From positions 22,192,345 through 22,256,344 of the forward strand of contig NC_134028.1 of the NCBI RefSeq assembly GCF_964204645.1: a stretch of 64,000 bases of DNA. Reading direction: 5' to 3'. How positions within the stretch are numbered: position 1 is the first letter of the stretch; each line of letters begins with the position of its first letter. Positions 1 to 12,983 of the stretch are shown here, piece after piece. The stretch comes from Tubulanus polymorphus. Taxonomy: Eukaryota > Animalia > Nemertea. The notes beneath the pieces were generated by a model. That model was not told the origin of the DNA. It searched no databases and saw only the letters and a program-made list of their open reading frames with translations. The position numbers and the translations under genes were made by a program.

Positions 1-334
1 GTAAAATCATTCTGCGAAATCATTTTTCCGTCGTAATGTTGTCGCAGTATTGACACTTATTATCATACCATATGTCCCCTTCTCAAAAAATCTAAATCGA
101 CACAAACGATAATGTACGAAAGATAATACATAATTTTGTAGTCAGTATATCGTAGTTTTCTTGTCAGTTCAGATTTGTCTTTGCAAGCGGTAACCCAAAA
201 ACGTTTTGACGTATATTATCATATCGTGATATAGAAATGAAAGAATATGAAACTTTTGTTCTTTTTATGGACATTCAACTATATATTCGAAGACTGTATC
301 GTAGATTTAACGATGATATCCTATCTTCATTCAG

Positions 335-3300
335 ATTTACGTTAGTTGAAACGTCACCGTACGGTTTACCGGCGACTGTTAGCGTGCGAACTACGAGTGA
401 AAGTTGGCTAGGTTTGATCTCATCCGCCACGCAGTCTATAGATATAGTATCCGATACTTGGGACCTTTCGCAGGAATCCGCGTCGACGAAACAGGTAATA
501 TTTCCGAAGGTTACATTTTCTGTTAGGCAGCGATGAACGTTTATAACCCCTTTTTAAAGAATGCATACTTCTAACGACCGTCGAAAGAAGTAATTCACAT
601 TCGATATGTATGGTGGCTCTGATTCGGGCCGTAACGTAAAATTCCTGGTAAAGTTCTGGCGCCCTCATTTGCATACCAGGAACTAAGCGTTATGGCCCTA
701 ATCGTAGATATCAGCTAAATGATATAGTCAAATCCGCTTCAGTAATCCGGATCGGCTTAATCCAGACAATATTTACAGTCCATTTGTTTATTAATATATT
801 AGAAAATTACTTTTATTCCAGATTTCCCGTGTAACCGGAATTTTTATTGGTCACAAATGATCCCGAACTACGCGCGGATTCTATACTGCATTTCGAATGA
901 AATTGATTAGATCTATTTCTTACAGGGTGCTGATGTGGTAAAACAGTTAAATGAGGCATCGGGGACACGAGGTGTCAAAATCCGAATCCTCTTCAACGCG
1001 AAAGATGCTCAATCGTCCGACATTATACAACGGACGAACGGTAAATATATAATCGCGATCATTTTTAGTGATTTTAACGTTTTGGTCGGTGTACCGGGAT
1101 TCGAACCCGATTGAATAGTTTTGGCACCGTGTACGCATAACGCAACGTCGTATCAAAGATTCATGTGGATTTTTGATCATATTCATAAGCTACTTGATTA
1201 TAAGTTTTCATTTAATGAAAGATTTTTACGAAGGGAAATGTGATTTTGTCGAGTGATGCATCGTATGAGTGAATCATTCGAACCTGATGGCATCGCTACA
1301 TTCAGCCACGGCACGAACCCCTTCCACAGTAGACCGGGTGCGCAGGTACACGCGCAGCTTCGTCGCACGAAAACTTGCGGCACCAATCAGATTGCTCGTT
1401 GTAAAATCAATGAGGAAAATTTCACGGAAGAACTACAAACCCGGGCCAAAATAAAATGGCATATCTGAATGGCTAATAATGGCATCATCTAAGCTGCGCG
1501 TGTAGCTGTGCACTCGGTCTAGTGTGGCAGGGTTTCGTACCGTGGCAATCTCGATGCCACCAGGTTCGAATCTCTGCCGGGGGAGCATGCGTATAGTGAC
1601 TCCGTCGTTGGCGTCGTGGGTGGATGCGCCTGGTAGAGATGTTGGGGAATAAAACATCTCCCGCGACACGTAATCAGCATATCTCATCTAAGCAAAATTG
1701 AATACGAAATTAATAGGGTTTATATCATATATACACTGAGTAGGAGGTGCACGAGGTGATAGGTTCACTGTGATAAGCGCTTCTAATAGCGCGAGGAATA
1801 TCTATCCTCCGAAGATTTATCTACGTATCCTATTTCGATTTCACGTGTTTTCCCGACTAAGGGATGATGAATTCGTCTTCGTCTCCGGTGACATCGAATC
1901 AGAGGCGTACACAACGTGTAGACAGTCGTGTGGGTAGAGGCAGATTACAGCCGTGATTAATAATTCAATTAATGACATCGGCTTCCGTGGAAATGACATT
2001 TAAACGATGTTGTGTCTTGTCGTTTATGAAAAGAATCACTCGGCGGTTATCATAGGCGACCGGGTTTAGAAGTATCAAGGCTCGGAAAACGTTTATATCG
2101 CGGTAGATGACGATCTGAGTGTCTTGAACGGTGTTTAACGACGTAGTCATTCGCAATTCACATATACGCATACACAAACGATTCGGAGAGTCCTATACCG
2201 CGACCTTGACCTACGACTAGTAAAAATCGATACGGTAAAACTTTTGCTTCCGGGAATAACGTATACAGATGTATGTTCACTGAAGCGAGAACATCATATT
2301 GGTTCCTAGAAAAAAGTGTTCATTGCGGGGTTTGTTCACTATAGGAAGATGTTCACTAAGGGAGGTTTTACTGTATTTGATTCGTGCATTCCTGAAAGCA
2401 GAAATTGGGTGGTTTTTATGATAGATGTTTTTTCGGGTATTCGTAATTACGTATCTCCAAGTAAACGTTTTTTTGCGTGCCGCCATTTTGTTCGAAGATT
2501 ATTTTAGAAATAACGAATTTCAAAGTCGAGTAGTACTCTTCGCGTATTCTTATGCGTGTGGCAAAAATGTGGGTATTTTGTCAAAGGTTTTTTTGTACGT
2601 CGCTATCGTGTCGCTTTGTCTAAATTTGTGAAATAGATTCCATCTTAACCGAAAACTAGAGATTATTGCGGTTATAATGTTGCCAGAGTTGTCAAAATCC
2701 ATCACAGGGCCGGTAAATAAGATATAAAACACCACACGAGTGATTTCTAGAAAAGAGAAAAAAAACGACCTAAAAATATACCTCGACAAAATGGCGGCAC
2801 GCAACTGGTTCTAACCGCAGGTCCTTCCAATTTCCATTCCGTCATTTTAATTGCTATAATTGAATTACGTAGGCTTTCGAGAGCGTATTTTGAAATTGCA
2901 GAGCCAGGGCGTATACTGCATAGCTCGTCCGTTAGTGCGAGGGTATGAATTCATGTAGAAATATAGGAAATGTCACTCTGCAATGTATACTGCGATTTCT
3001 AAAATGGAGAATTTCCGTTACACCGTACTCCATATACGCGGAGCCCAACGGCTTGATATTTCCAATGAATCCTGCCGGCGTGCACTGAGGGTTCTTCGTT
3101 ATTTCATTGCAAATCAGAATTGTATTAATAACTCATAACGTTTGTATGCGCTGGTATAGATAATGATGTTTATAATCATTGTTAACGAAAAATGCTGGTA
3201 GTTTCTGAGTCGGTTTCGTATTTTCAGGTTTGCGGGCCAACGTACGCAGTTTAGACTTCAACTTTCTAGGATCGGGCCTCTACCCGACAAACCTGCTCAT

Positions 3301-6300
3301 CATCGACGGTAAGACGATGTACGTTGGCAGTGCAGGTTTCAACCGGAGATCGCTATCGCAGGTGAGTGAGCGAGAAGCCGCCGTCATTTTACACAATCAA
3401 TACCGCCGGGGATGGTTGAACTATACGTAGATACAGATACAAAATACCATCGCGGCCATTTAGTATCAACGCTGCGCCGAAAATGAATTTCGATCGATTG
3501 ATGATGTGAATAGCCGACGCTCGCTGATCATGACGCGAATTCTACTAAAAATGATTAGATAATCGGAGAAATTGAACAATACCTCAAATTGAAACTTTTA
3601 ATTGAAAAAATGCAAATGATTTATACAATCTACTGTGACTATGTGTATTTATGAACGAAGTATTTGATTTTTTGACACCGTAAAAACCGTTACAGTGTTT
3701 ATATCTAATGATGCCGAGCGTTATTTAAGGGGTCAAAATGTGTGAGTCGATACGCATTACGTCATCAATATTGGCGTTTCAAAATTAACACTTACAATTC
3801 TCGTTCTTGCGTTTCTTTTGTAATTGAACATATATCATAACTCTTATTTGTGATAGATTTAGTGATTATTTTTGAAAGGATGTGCACCACGTCATCAATA
3901 TTGGCGTTTCAAAATTAACACTTACAATTCACGTTCTGGACCCAGTTCCACAGTTCTGTGTTAAGAATTGACTCGGAGTTATAACATTGAAAATGAACTA
4001 ATCTTAACTGGGAGTTAACTCTTAACTCACAACTGTGGAACCGGGTCCTGGTGTTTATTTTGTAATTGAACATATATCATAAGTCTTATTTGTGATTTAG
4101 TGATTATTTTTGAAATGATGTGCACCACGTTATCACTATATCGTGGCTAGACTGGTTGCCGGTAAAATCAATTCAATTATTGATCCTTGATATTATATAA
4201 TGTACAATATTATCTTATTTATCGTCGACAATGTTTAAGCGATATCCGTATTATTTTCCAAGGCGTGAAAAAACTTTCAAGTTAGATTTCTTATTCATAT
4301 ATCTTAAGAATGAAAAAGCAGAAATTATATTTCATATATCAAAAGATAATTCTTTTCTCTGCTGGTAAATGAAAACATAACGATAAAAATCGCTCGAAAA
4401 AATAAACAACTTTTAACCTTTTCAGTGCGTCTACACCGCAGTGCGGTGTATAAATCAGTGATAGATTTTGCTAGTACACCGCACTGGGGTGTATTGATGT
4501 AATTAGTAATTAATGATTATCTCTCTTGGACAATGGGAGCAACTGTCGAACATAGTGAAATACTACTAACTTACGATACACCGCACCACGGTGTAGATGC
4601 ACTATAGTGGTATTCCCGTTATTCAACACACTAGGGTGGAATTTTTAAGAATTTTCAAATTATCTTCAGCACTATAGGGTATTAATTAGTGAGCACTGAA
4701 ATCTGAAATAAATATTTCGCTTCAGGTGAAGGAAATGGGTTTGGAAATGCAGGAATGTTCGTGTTTGGTACAGGATATCAGTAAGCAATTCGAGTATTAC
4801 TGGCATTTTAGCCGCAAATACAGTCAGAAAAAGAAACTACAGCGAACGAAGTACTCGAACGAGTATGTCATTCCCGTACTGGCATATTTAGACGTAAGTT
4901 TACACGTGAACTAATGATTAAATGATTTAACTTGTTATATGAAACTGGGCCCAGCGAATGCGGCTCATTGTAGTTTTTCGTAGGGTTTCTGTATTATGTC
5001 CCGGGAACGGAGATTTAAAGAGCGTTAGAAATGATAACTGTAGGTGAGGCTCGAACTGCAAAAAAAAAAACAACTGCGGCTACGTGATTCATCTTCCAGG
5101 GCCATAACATAATATAATTTCTGCATCAATGGTCCTAAAACTGGGCCGTATAAGCATATTCGCAGAGTATCGTTGAACCGACAGGGGCGGATTCAGGGGA
5201 AGATTTCGACAGAAGCACAAAGCAATGAAAGGGCATATACGAAAAAGTTGAATATCCACACAGCCAAGTCAAGCGCCTGGAAAATTTTGAAATTTCAGTG
5301 CATTTTTATACGTACAATATCCCGGGCACCTGCGAGGGACATTTAGGAGAATATAAGCTGAATCTTGCGCCGCGGACTGCTGTCTGATTAGCTGCTGGTG
5401 TAAAAGTACTCTGAATAATATTTCCATTGAATTTTCAAAATGGCACGGAAAAACTGCGACGGGAGCACGTGCTCACTGTTCTCCCGTCTGGGCCCGCCTC
5501 TGACCGGGTTGCAATGAATCGAATTAGCGACAATTTATCCCATCTCATTAACATGAACTCTATCGATGCGCAATATGAACGCGTGCTGAAAAATATCAAA
5601 TATATAATCTACAAGTTTAAACATGTTGATATTATTGTTAAAAACAGCTATGAACGAGAACCGATGAAAGTGACATGACCACTGGCTTTTTGAAAATCCA
5701 AAAACCTGTCTGATATCATATTCATAACACTGAAAATTATATGAATTCTCACTATTCGAAAATATCATTGAAGCGCGTAGTTGTAGCTGTAACGTATATA
5801 GTTGTTTGGTTTTTATTTCAGGCCCCGGCGCCGTTTTTCTGTCCGGTAAATACAAACGCGAGCGACTATGCGCTCTTAAACAAAATCGTCACCAGCGCCT
5901 CGCGTTACGTCTACGTAATGATGACAGATTTCTCGTCGGCTGCCAGATTTCATTCGTCGCGCGGGTAAACGAATACGTTATACTGATTAATTATTGATAA
6001 AACCGCGATCGGGTATTTTTTATGCGGTATTGCTCGGGTTTCGTAACGATAGACGGAAATAGCCAGAGCCCAGTCGCCTCGCTGTAGAAACGAGCGTAAG
6101 ACACCGAGAGAACGTGACTAATTTAATATGCGTCAGATGTTGACTGCAGCGATTAACAAATTCAGAAACAACAGTTCGCGAGGGTCTGTTAGATCGTAAC
6201 GCATAGCAGTTTTCCGGAAGATTTCAGAAGAGTTCTTTCCGGAAAATAATGCTCTGCTTGTCTCTCACCGTCATTTCAATTTAGTTCCTGATTTTGTATA

Positions 6301-7636
6301 CGGGTATCACCTTTCACCTAGAGGTTAACTCAATCAAAATGAATCATTGAGTTAGCCCCAGGGTTTTAAGTCAATAGCAGTCTATAAAACTAGGCCTTGG
6401 GCCTAACTGAATAAATGCAACAGTGCGTGTTCAGTGTGTGAACTTGGAATATGGGTGTCTTTTAAACTTGCTTTAAAGCATTTTCATGCGAAGATATGTA
6501 TAATCAGCCCATGTTTTCGATGAACAAAATATTTATATTGTAAAAAAGCTTTCAGATTAATGAAAAGCGCTTTTGAATGATGAATTATCATCATTATTAT
6601 TGATATTCTATTGCAGTCTGTGGGACAATGTCGGACACGTTTTGGAGCGAGTTAGCAGCACGAAGAAACTGGATGTTCGCGTTCTGTACGGCTGGTTGAA
6701 TTCGACTCGCGATCGAATGAACGGTTACTTGAAACCGGTTCAGATCCAACAGAAAAACTCCTCCATACAAACAGTACGTATCGTCTACGTTTAGGCGTTT
6801 CTGCATGAGTATCGAAAATCTGCGTTTTCGCGAATATACGGTTTGTGTTCTTACTCTTAAAGCGTTTGTTACTGACGCCTGCTGAACGCAACGTGACATC
6901 AGCGCAGACTAACCCGAGCATGTATATCGTTACCGACAACATGTTATACATAGGTAAGCCTTACCATCTAAACGTTCATTTCAATGCGTCTACGCAGGCC
7001 CAGCAAGCCACTTTGTACCCGAAATACTACCACAACCTTCGAAAAGTGCAGAATTTGTTGCATATCTATTTCTTTGTTTTCCCTTTACTATAATCCCCTT
7101 ATATTATCAACGCCCTCACTATCTCCCCCTTATACTATCAAAAACATTACTATCATCCACCTTACTAACGCCCTTACTATCATCCACCTTACTAACACCC
7201 TTACAATCATCCACCTTTCTAACACCCTTACAATCATCCATCTTACTAACGCCCTTACTATTATCCACCTTACTAACGCCCTTACTATCATCCACCTTAC
7301 TAACGCCCTTACTATCATCCACCTTACCGTCAACGCCCTTACTATCATCCAATTTATAAACTTGAACGACAAGCCCAGGAGGTGTATCCGTAAACCCTTT
7401 GCAATTCATGGAGACCTACAATATTTCCATTTTCAGCTGTCTCCAATTGGTGTCATGTCAACACAAAGAAGTTCGGTGGTTTTAGTTTGGTTTTGGATTA
7501 CAGAAGTACGTATCAATATCCGGACAAAGTGCTACAAAAGGAACTGCGCGAAAGTTTCCTAAGAGACTGGGCTTCGATGAAGTACACAAAGAACGTCGAC
7601 CACATCTCGCCGACCTACACAATACCGGCGGCGTAG
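335..7636 (+). CDS. PLD3/PLD4/PLD5-family phospholipase D-like protein, probably catalytically inactive; 5' end lies left of the window. Exons 335-494, 926-1040, 3228-3361, 4726-4893, 5822-5964, 6617-6773, 6863-6953, 7437-7636
   Basis: Eight GT-AG exons join in one frame to TAG at 7634-7636. The peptide tracks PLD3 landmarks: FTLVETSP..SWLGLISSATQSIDI, GVKIRIL, IDGKTMYVGSAG..RSLSQVKEMG..CSCLVQDISKQFEYYW, LAYLDAPAPFFCP, YIVTDNMLYIAVSNW, FLRDW. Confidence 0.9.
1276..1589. mobile_element. Palindromic MITE-like element (family A) with tRNA-like B-boxes in both arms; left end eroded
   Basis: Arms ATTCGAACCTGATGGCATCG..GCACGAACCC..AGACCG and CGGTCTAGTGTGGCAGGGTTTCGTACC..GATGCCACCAGGTTCGAAT are inverted copies; homologous to 8881-9219, 12705-12983 and 38414-38722. 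Confidence 0.8.
2473..2804. mobile_element. MITE-like element with ~33-bp imperfect inverted repeats
   Basis: TTGCGTGCCGCCATTTTGT at 2473 and ACAAAATGGCGGCACGCAA ending at 2804 are reverse complements. Confidence 0.6.
3761..4128. repeat. ~130-bp direct tandem duplication; the second copy is interrupted by a MITE
   Basis: GTCATCAATATTGGCGTTTCAAAATTAACAC..GATGTGCACCAC occurs at 3761-3890 and again at 3891-4128, the latter with a 109-bp insert. Confidence 0.85.
3939..4047. mobile_element. Short MITE (family B), PIF/Harbinger-like, with 3-bp CWG target duplication
   Basis: TIR GACCCAGTTCCACAGTT / AACTGTGGAACCGGGTC flanked by CTG on both sides. The copy near 54481-54587 is flanked by CAG..CAG; an interrupted copy lies at ~37356-37613. 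Confidence 0.75.
4416..4701. mobile_element. piggyBac-type MITE (family C), degraded copy
   Basis: Begins TTAA-CCTTTTCAGTGCGTCTACACCGC and is colinear with the intact copy at 38774-39018. Confidence 0.75.
7131..7351. repeat. 27-bp minisatellite in the last intron of the PLD-like gene
   Basis: About 8 tandem copies of CCCTTACTATCATCCACCTTACTAACG; accounts for the repetitive ORFs on both strands. Confidence 0.95.
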
Positions 7637-8880
7637 CTTCACCAGGAGTCGACAACATAATCGGACAGTTGACATACGAGAAATACGAAGTGAATATTTT
7701 AGTAGAAACAAGGACGAAATTCAAATTTAGATGTCAGAATTCAGAATGTGTGAGGAAAGTGATGATTTGTAACGTATTAGAGAAAAGCGTGGAAATGTGT
7801 GTGCGACTTAACGACTACTATCATGAGAGTTTTCTATTTTAGACCTAAACCAGCACCCTCAAAAATATTTCTTTTTAAACCCTGAAAAATCCAGAATGAT
7901 AGAGATTAAATAAATTACTATCGTCAAATCACTCTCAGTTTTGGGGAAAAGAACTACGATTGGAGATACGTGTCAGGTATAGTAGAGTCTGGTCTGGTTC
8001 GGTAGTTTTCGAGAGAATGATGAATGCTTGACGTATGCGAGGAGATGAACTTTATTTTACTCAGCCGACTGCGGTGTAAGCGGCGCCTGAGTATGCGGCC
8101 TATTACTTCTTATGATATGTAAAACGGCGACTGAGTTTTCTATTAAAACTATTCGTTTGTGTTGATATTTTATATTATGAAATATATCGTATTTTCCTAT
8201 GTTGTCTATTTCTTTTGTTTGAATGTGATTTATAACGAGACATCATATTTTCATTTCGTTAAGCTGTAATCAATGTTTGTATAAGTTGCTTATGTTACTT
8301 GTATACGAATCAGTTATAGTATCCGAATCGCATAATGGACTATTTTCTGAAAAATAACCATCGAAAGATAGTTAGAAAACGGTTAGACCCACCGATTCAA
8401 GGGCGGCTCCACAGGCTGGAAGAGAGGAGGGTTCACCTCACTTGGATAGGGCACTTTATATTAGTGGCGAGCGCCGAAGGAGCGTTGCGTGCCAAGGGGG
8501 AGGGGGAGGGTTTCTTTGAAAATTTAGGTTCATTTTTTAGCAGTACTGTGGACCTTCGTCATAGATCAATGTTTGGTGGATTTTTTCACCTGTGATTTTC
8601 AAAAGGGTACTTACTTAGTGTGCGGCACTCCAAAACCATGAATACTAGAATATCGAATAGGAATTTCCCGAATACTCTGTATAAGAGGGTTAAGGTTATC
8701 TTCCACAAACACGGCGCGTACTTATCACCTGTGTCAGAATCTGACTAGTATACACACAGTAACAGCGTTAATTATCAACTGATTACAATTTTAAACGTCT
8801 ACAAATATTTCGATGTGCGCGATGATTATACGCAAAAAAAATACCACCAGAGTCTAAGTGACGTGCTACTACAGTAAACC

Positions 8881-9219
8881 CACCCCCCCCCTGCAGGGAC
8901 TCGAACCTGATGGCATCGCTACACTCAGCCACGGCACGAACCCCTGCATCAGTAGACCGGGTGCGCAGGTACATGCGCAGCTTTCCGAACGAAAACTGGC
9001 GGCACCAATCAGATTGCTCGTTGTATAGTCGTAGAGGCAAATTTCAAGGAAGAACTATAAATGGGAAAACCCGGGCTAAAATAAAACGGGATTTCTGATT
9101 GGCTAAAAATCACATCATCTGAACTGCGCATGTATCTGCGCACACGGTCGATTATGGCAGGGTTTCGTGCCGTGGCAATCTCGATGCCATCAGGTTCGAA
9201 TCCCTGCCGGGGAAGGATG
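8881..9219. mobile_element. Family A palindromic MITE, full length
   Basis: Long TIRs (right arm ends GGTTCGAATCCCTGCCGGGGAAGGATG); flanks CAGTAAACC / CGGTAAACC form a probable 8-9-bp target-site duplication. Confidence 0.85.
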
Positions 9220-10311
9220 CGGTAAACCGTGCGTACGGCGTGCCCGAGTCCTCGCGTGTTTATGGCGATTACGGATTTCAGAGAAAAGAAACCCATTTTT
9301 CGTTACCTTATAAACGCGTCGATAAGATGTGTATTTTTATCTATTCTACGATGTATATATACATGTACACGCATACGTATAGCTCATAACAATGACTGAG
9401 GTTCGTTCTTTATTTTCGTATGCGGATATATTGTATACAGCTTTGTTGTGAATATTGTCAGTGAATGACACTTGAGCCTGAGAAATACATACTCATATAT
9501 TGATAACCATTGATAAAACAATCCGAGTCCGTGTTGTAAAGCTGATATAAAATCCTACGCTAAAAGTTTTAGTCCGAAATGTTTTCTGAGCTAATAGTTC
9601 ATTCGACGCATCCCATAGTCTATCGGTGTTGATTATTTGACATAGCGAAAAAAGTCATCTTCAGTAACGCTGTGATACCTCAGCATTTCCGAAAATCTTG
9701 AAAGATTCCTTAGGATAGAGTCGAAACACCGAATTAACCTATATCGTTATAAGTCAAGGAAATATTTCGGTAGCGTGGGATTCTATATTAACGTATGAAT
9801 CTGTACAGTGTAGAATATAAACATTATCTATTCGATAGAAATAACACATTATTTATCACAAATATCAATTTAGACAGTGTATAATATCTTCTATATGTAT
9901 AGCTATAGGGACAATAGCTGGACTAGTGTCCGTTATTTAATTCGTGTTTTAATATAAACGGAACTTTACTTTCGAATGATATATAATTATTTTTTCATTC
10001 TTCAGCTGTTCAAAACAAAAAACCTTTATATTTCTAAAAAAATCAGCTGAAATCAGCTGTAACGAAGATGACGAAAACTATCGCGAAGTCTTACCGATAT
10101 ATTTACGAATTTATCAAAACGAAAATATGTACTATATATTTTCTGCGATATTATATATTCTCCGTACGACCAACGTGAAGAGAATTTGATGTATCCAAAT
10201 ATACATATATATTCTATTTCGTACAGATATGAATAATAAAAGATATATGTTTGAATAAACCGCATATTATATAGTATATACGTAGAAAGACTATTGGGAA
10301 GTGAATAAAAT

Positions 10312-10725
10312 CATTCTGCCTCGCCGGGATTCGAACCCGATATGGCGTATCGCTAGACTTGCACGCGGTACGAAGCCAGTCTATTCGGACAGGTTTCATC
10401 CGACGTCAGAAGGCGAATTCATCAAAGCGTACCTAATTCCAGGTACGGCAAGTATAGGGAACTCAATTTCGAGTATCCTTAGTGGATAAATGAGTAATGT
10501 TGGTTTTCGTTGCAACAAATATGGCCGAAGTGCGTATGAGTGGCCGCCATTTTTTTCTCTGGGTATACTCAGGGTTACCATGGTCTTGAGCGTAGTAATG
10601 TAAGTATAGTATCCAAAGTTGAGTATACCCCTGGATAAATGCGTCGAGTACTCGAAGGGTTACTCAGAATTGAGTTGTTTCGATAAATTCGCCATGAGTC
10701 ACGCCATGCTGTCAGGTTCGAATCT
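10312..10725. mobile_element. Diverged family-A-like element with a nested inverted-repeat element
   Basis: Outer arms GGGATTCGAACCCGATATGGCG / GCCATGCTGTCAGGTTCGAATC; inner inverted pair GGCGAATTCATCAAA (~10412) / TTCGATAAATTCGCC (~10693). Confidence 0.55.
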
Positions 10726-12704
10726 ATGCATATGGATATTATTGTACGGTGTAACGTAAGTTCCGAAGTCTCTGGTGAAATATTGACAAACCGATCGGAG
10801 AAAACATAAACAATTGTATATTTTTGTATAAAGAATATCGTTGTTAAATAGATTATTGTAAAGCGTCATCCGTTATAAACAACAGGAGCGACCGTGCTAC
10901 AAGTTATATATAAGTATATACATTACATAGGTGAAGCAGTTTTTGTTTTTCTTCTCGAAAACGTTTAGTTTAAACTTAATTACGGATGTTAAATTCGAAA
11001 CAAAAAATATTTCTTCGGCAGAAACTGACTCAAAACTACGGACAGACTAATTCCTGATCATTTTCCTGTGAATTCAAATGTATATTCCGTGGCCGTGAAA
11101 GCGTTCGGTAAACTGATATTATGAGCGCTCGTACCAACTTGTAGCGACCGGAATGTCCTTCAATCATTTCCGATGTCAACGTCGGATATCAGTTTCCGAC
11201 GAGAGATGGAGGAATGAATGAAAATTTGTGGGATTCATGCAGGTGTCGATCGATCTGCTGCCTGTAAACATCCTGTACGAAACTCGGACAATCACACCAT
11301 GTGATGGGTGAAGTTTGCACCAGATCGTTTTCTACGCGTGGTGATGGTACATATGCGCGTCTGTGAGGTCGAGTAGAAATGTTAACATCACGCCTCCGGC
11401 GCAGAGGAGGAAACCTGGCGTAGTCTAAGAGGGTGGGTAGAGACAGTCAGACTGTCTGAAGGGATGGGCACTGGCAGCAAATCGTCTGGTGAAGATGTGT
11501 ACTGATATAGCAGTGTCTGGCGGTTTTTTTGGTGCAGACAGTAAATTGACAGTTGCATAACTTTCAGTTTGGTGAAGTTTTTACAGAAATCCGATTTTTT
11601 ATCTAATTCAACTGAATCGATACGTGAATGATTCATTTTCGTCTTATTTTCTTCTGTATTTGGAGCGTGTCATATGCAGGCTGAATTCTGTAATCGCCTT
11701 TTTTACTGTTTAATATGAAGAATATGTATATTTTGTTTGGCTTTCCAACAAACCATTATCGAATGATTCATATTGATAACAGTATTCATATATTATGTAT
11801 GTTATACAAATGTGCGTAATTCTAATGTAAATATATTGTAATATATGTAGCCATTTGTAGTAAAGTCTAAAAAGTCTGGACAGCGCTTACTTAAACACTG
11901 TTCTCGCGCCCTCGTCATTCTACTAACAGTTTGTTTGGTATACGGGCCACAACTCTCGAGGACAGCACACCAGTAATCCGAAGCGTTTGAAAATTCAGTA
12001 CTTCCTGATTATTTTTCGTTGATCGTATCTATTTGATGCGAAAATTTCAAATTTGAATGTAGCCAGCAGGCCGAATGACGTGGCAAAGTGAAAACTCTTT
12101 CTAACAACCTGAGTTCAAGGGACCAGCGTTGTACACGGCACGGAAAGAGATTTTTCTGGATATTTATCTGAATTTAACCAAGATGTAATTACTGACTCGT
12201 TATAACGCCATCCTTTTCAACGCCTTCGCGCACGATAACGCCAACACCTTTCCGAGGACAAACTCTATGCCAAATCGAGCTCTAATTCGATGAAAAGAAA
12301 ATCATTTCAACGCAAAATTCGCCAATTCGTCGTGTTTTCTTGGTTCAAACGTTGGCGTTATAGCCGAGATTGACCGTATATCGACCCATTCCTATATATC
12401 ACTCGAGTTATTTCATTTTGGAGAGTCGGCCAATAATACGTGTATTTAGATCACCACAAAACCGAATTCGAAACATGTGAAGTCTTTCCTTTTGAGTGAT
12501 AAGAATATAATGTTACGGGATTATATTGTGATACATATAAGTTTTATTACTTGTTTTGTATAAATTGTTCTTTATCGGTAAATAAAAAAACAGTCATTAA
12601 ATTTACTAAACACGCAGCAAGCTTTAAGTTCATTTCAATTCAACTATCCAGACCAGAAACCAATGTCAAGGACATATAAAAAGTAAACAGCGGCATGCAA
12701 AGGA

Positions 12705-12983
12705 CATCCTCCCTCGACAGAAATTCTAACCTGATTAGATTTGGTGCGCAGGTTTATGCGCAGCTTTGCCGCACGAAAACTTGCGGCACCAATCAGATTG
12801 CTCTTTGTATAATTGCTGAGGTAAATTTCATGGAAGAACTATAAATGAGTAAAACTCGGGCTAAAATGAAACGGGATATGTGATTGGCTAATAATGACAT
12901 CATCTAAGCTGCGTATGTAGTTGCGCACTCGGTCTAGTGTGGCAGGGTTTCGTACCGTGGCAATCTCGATGCCATCAGGTTCG
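12705..12983. mobile_element. Family A element, internally deleted and truncated at a G-run (duplicated at ~16123-16400)
   Basis: Shares GCGCAGCTT..CACGAAAACTTGCGGCACCAATCAGATTGCTC..GATGCCATCAGGTTC with the other family A copies. Confidence 0.8.

Noticed and set aside
4861-4868. Alternative donor GA|GTATGT for PLD exon 4
   Set aside because: The later donor GAC|GTAAGT at 4893 keeps the frame and restores the PLD3-like LAYL-x-AP motif.
6984-7562. 192-aa and overlapping repetitive ORFs (LTIIHLTNA / KGVSKVDDS)
   Set aside because: They are translations of a 27-bp intronic minisatellite; the real exon starts at 7437 in another frame.
11388-11636. 82-aa ORF present twice (also 14806-15054)
   Set aside because: Identity is due to the tandem duplication; no recognisable domain or splice support.
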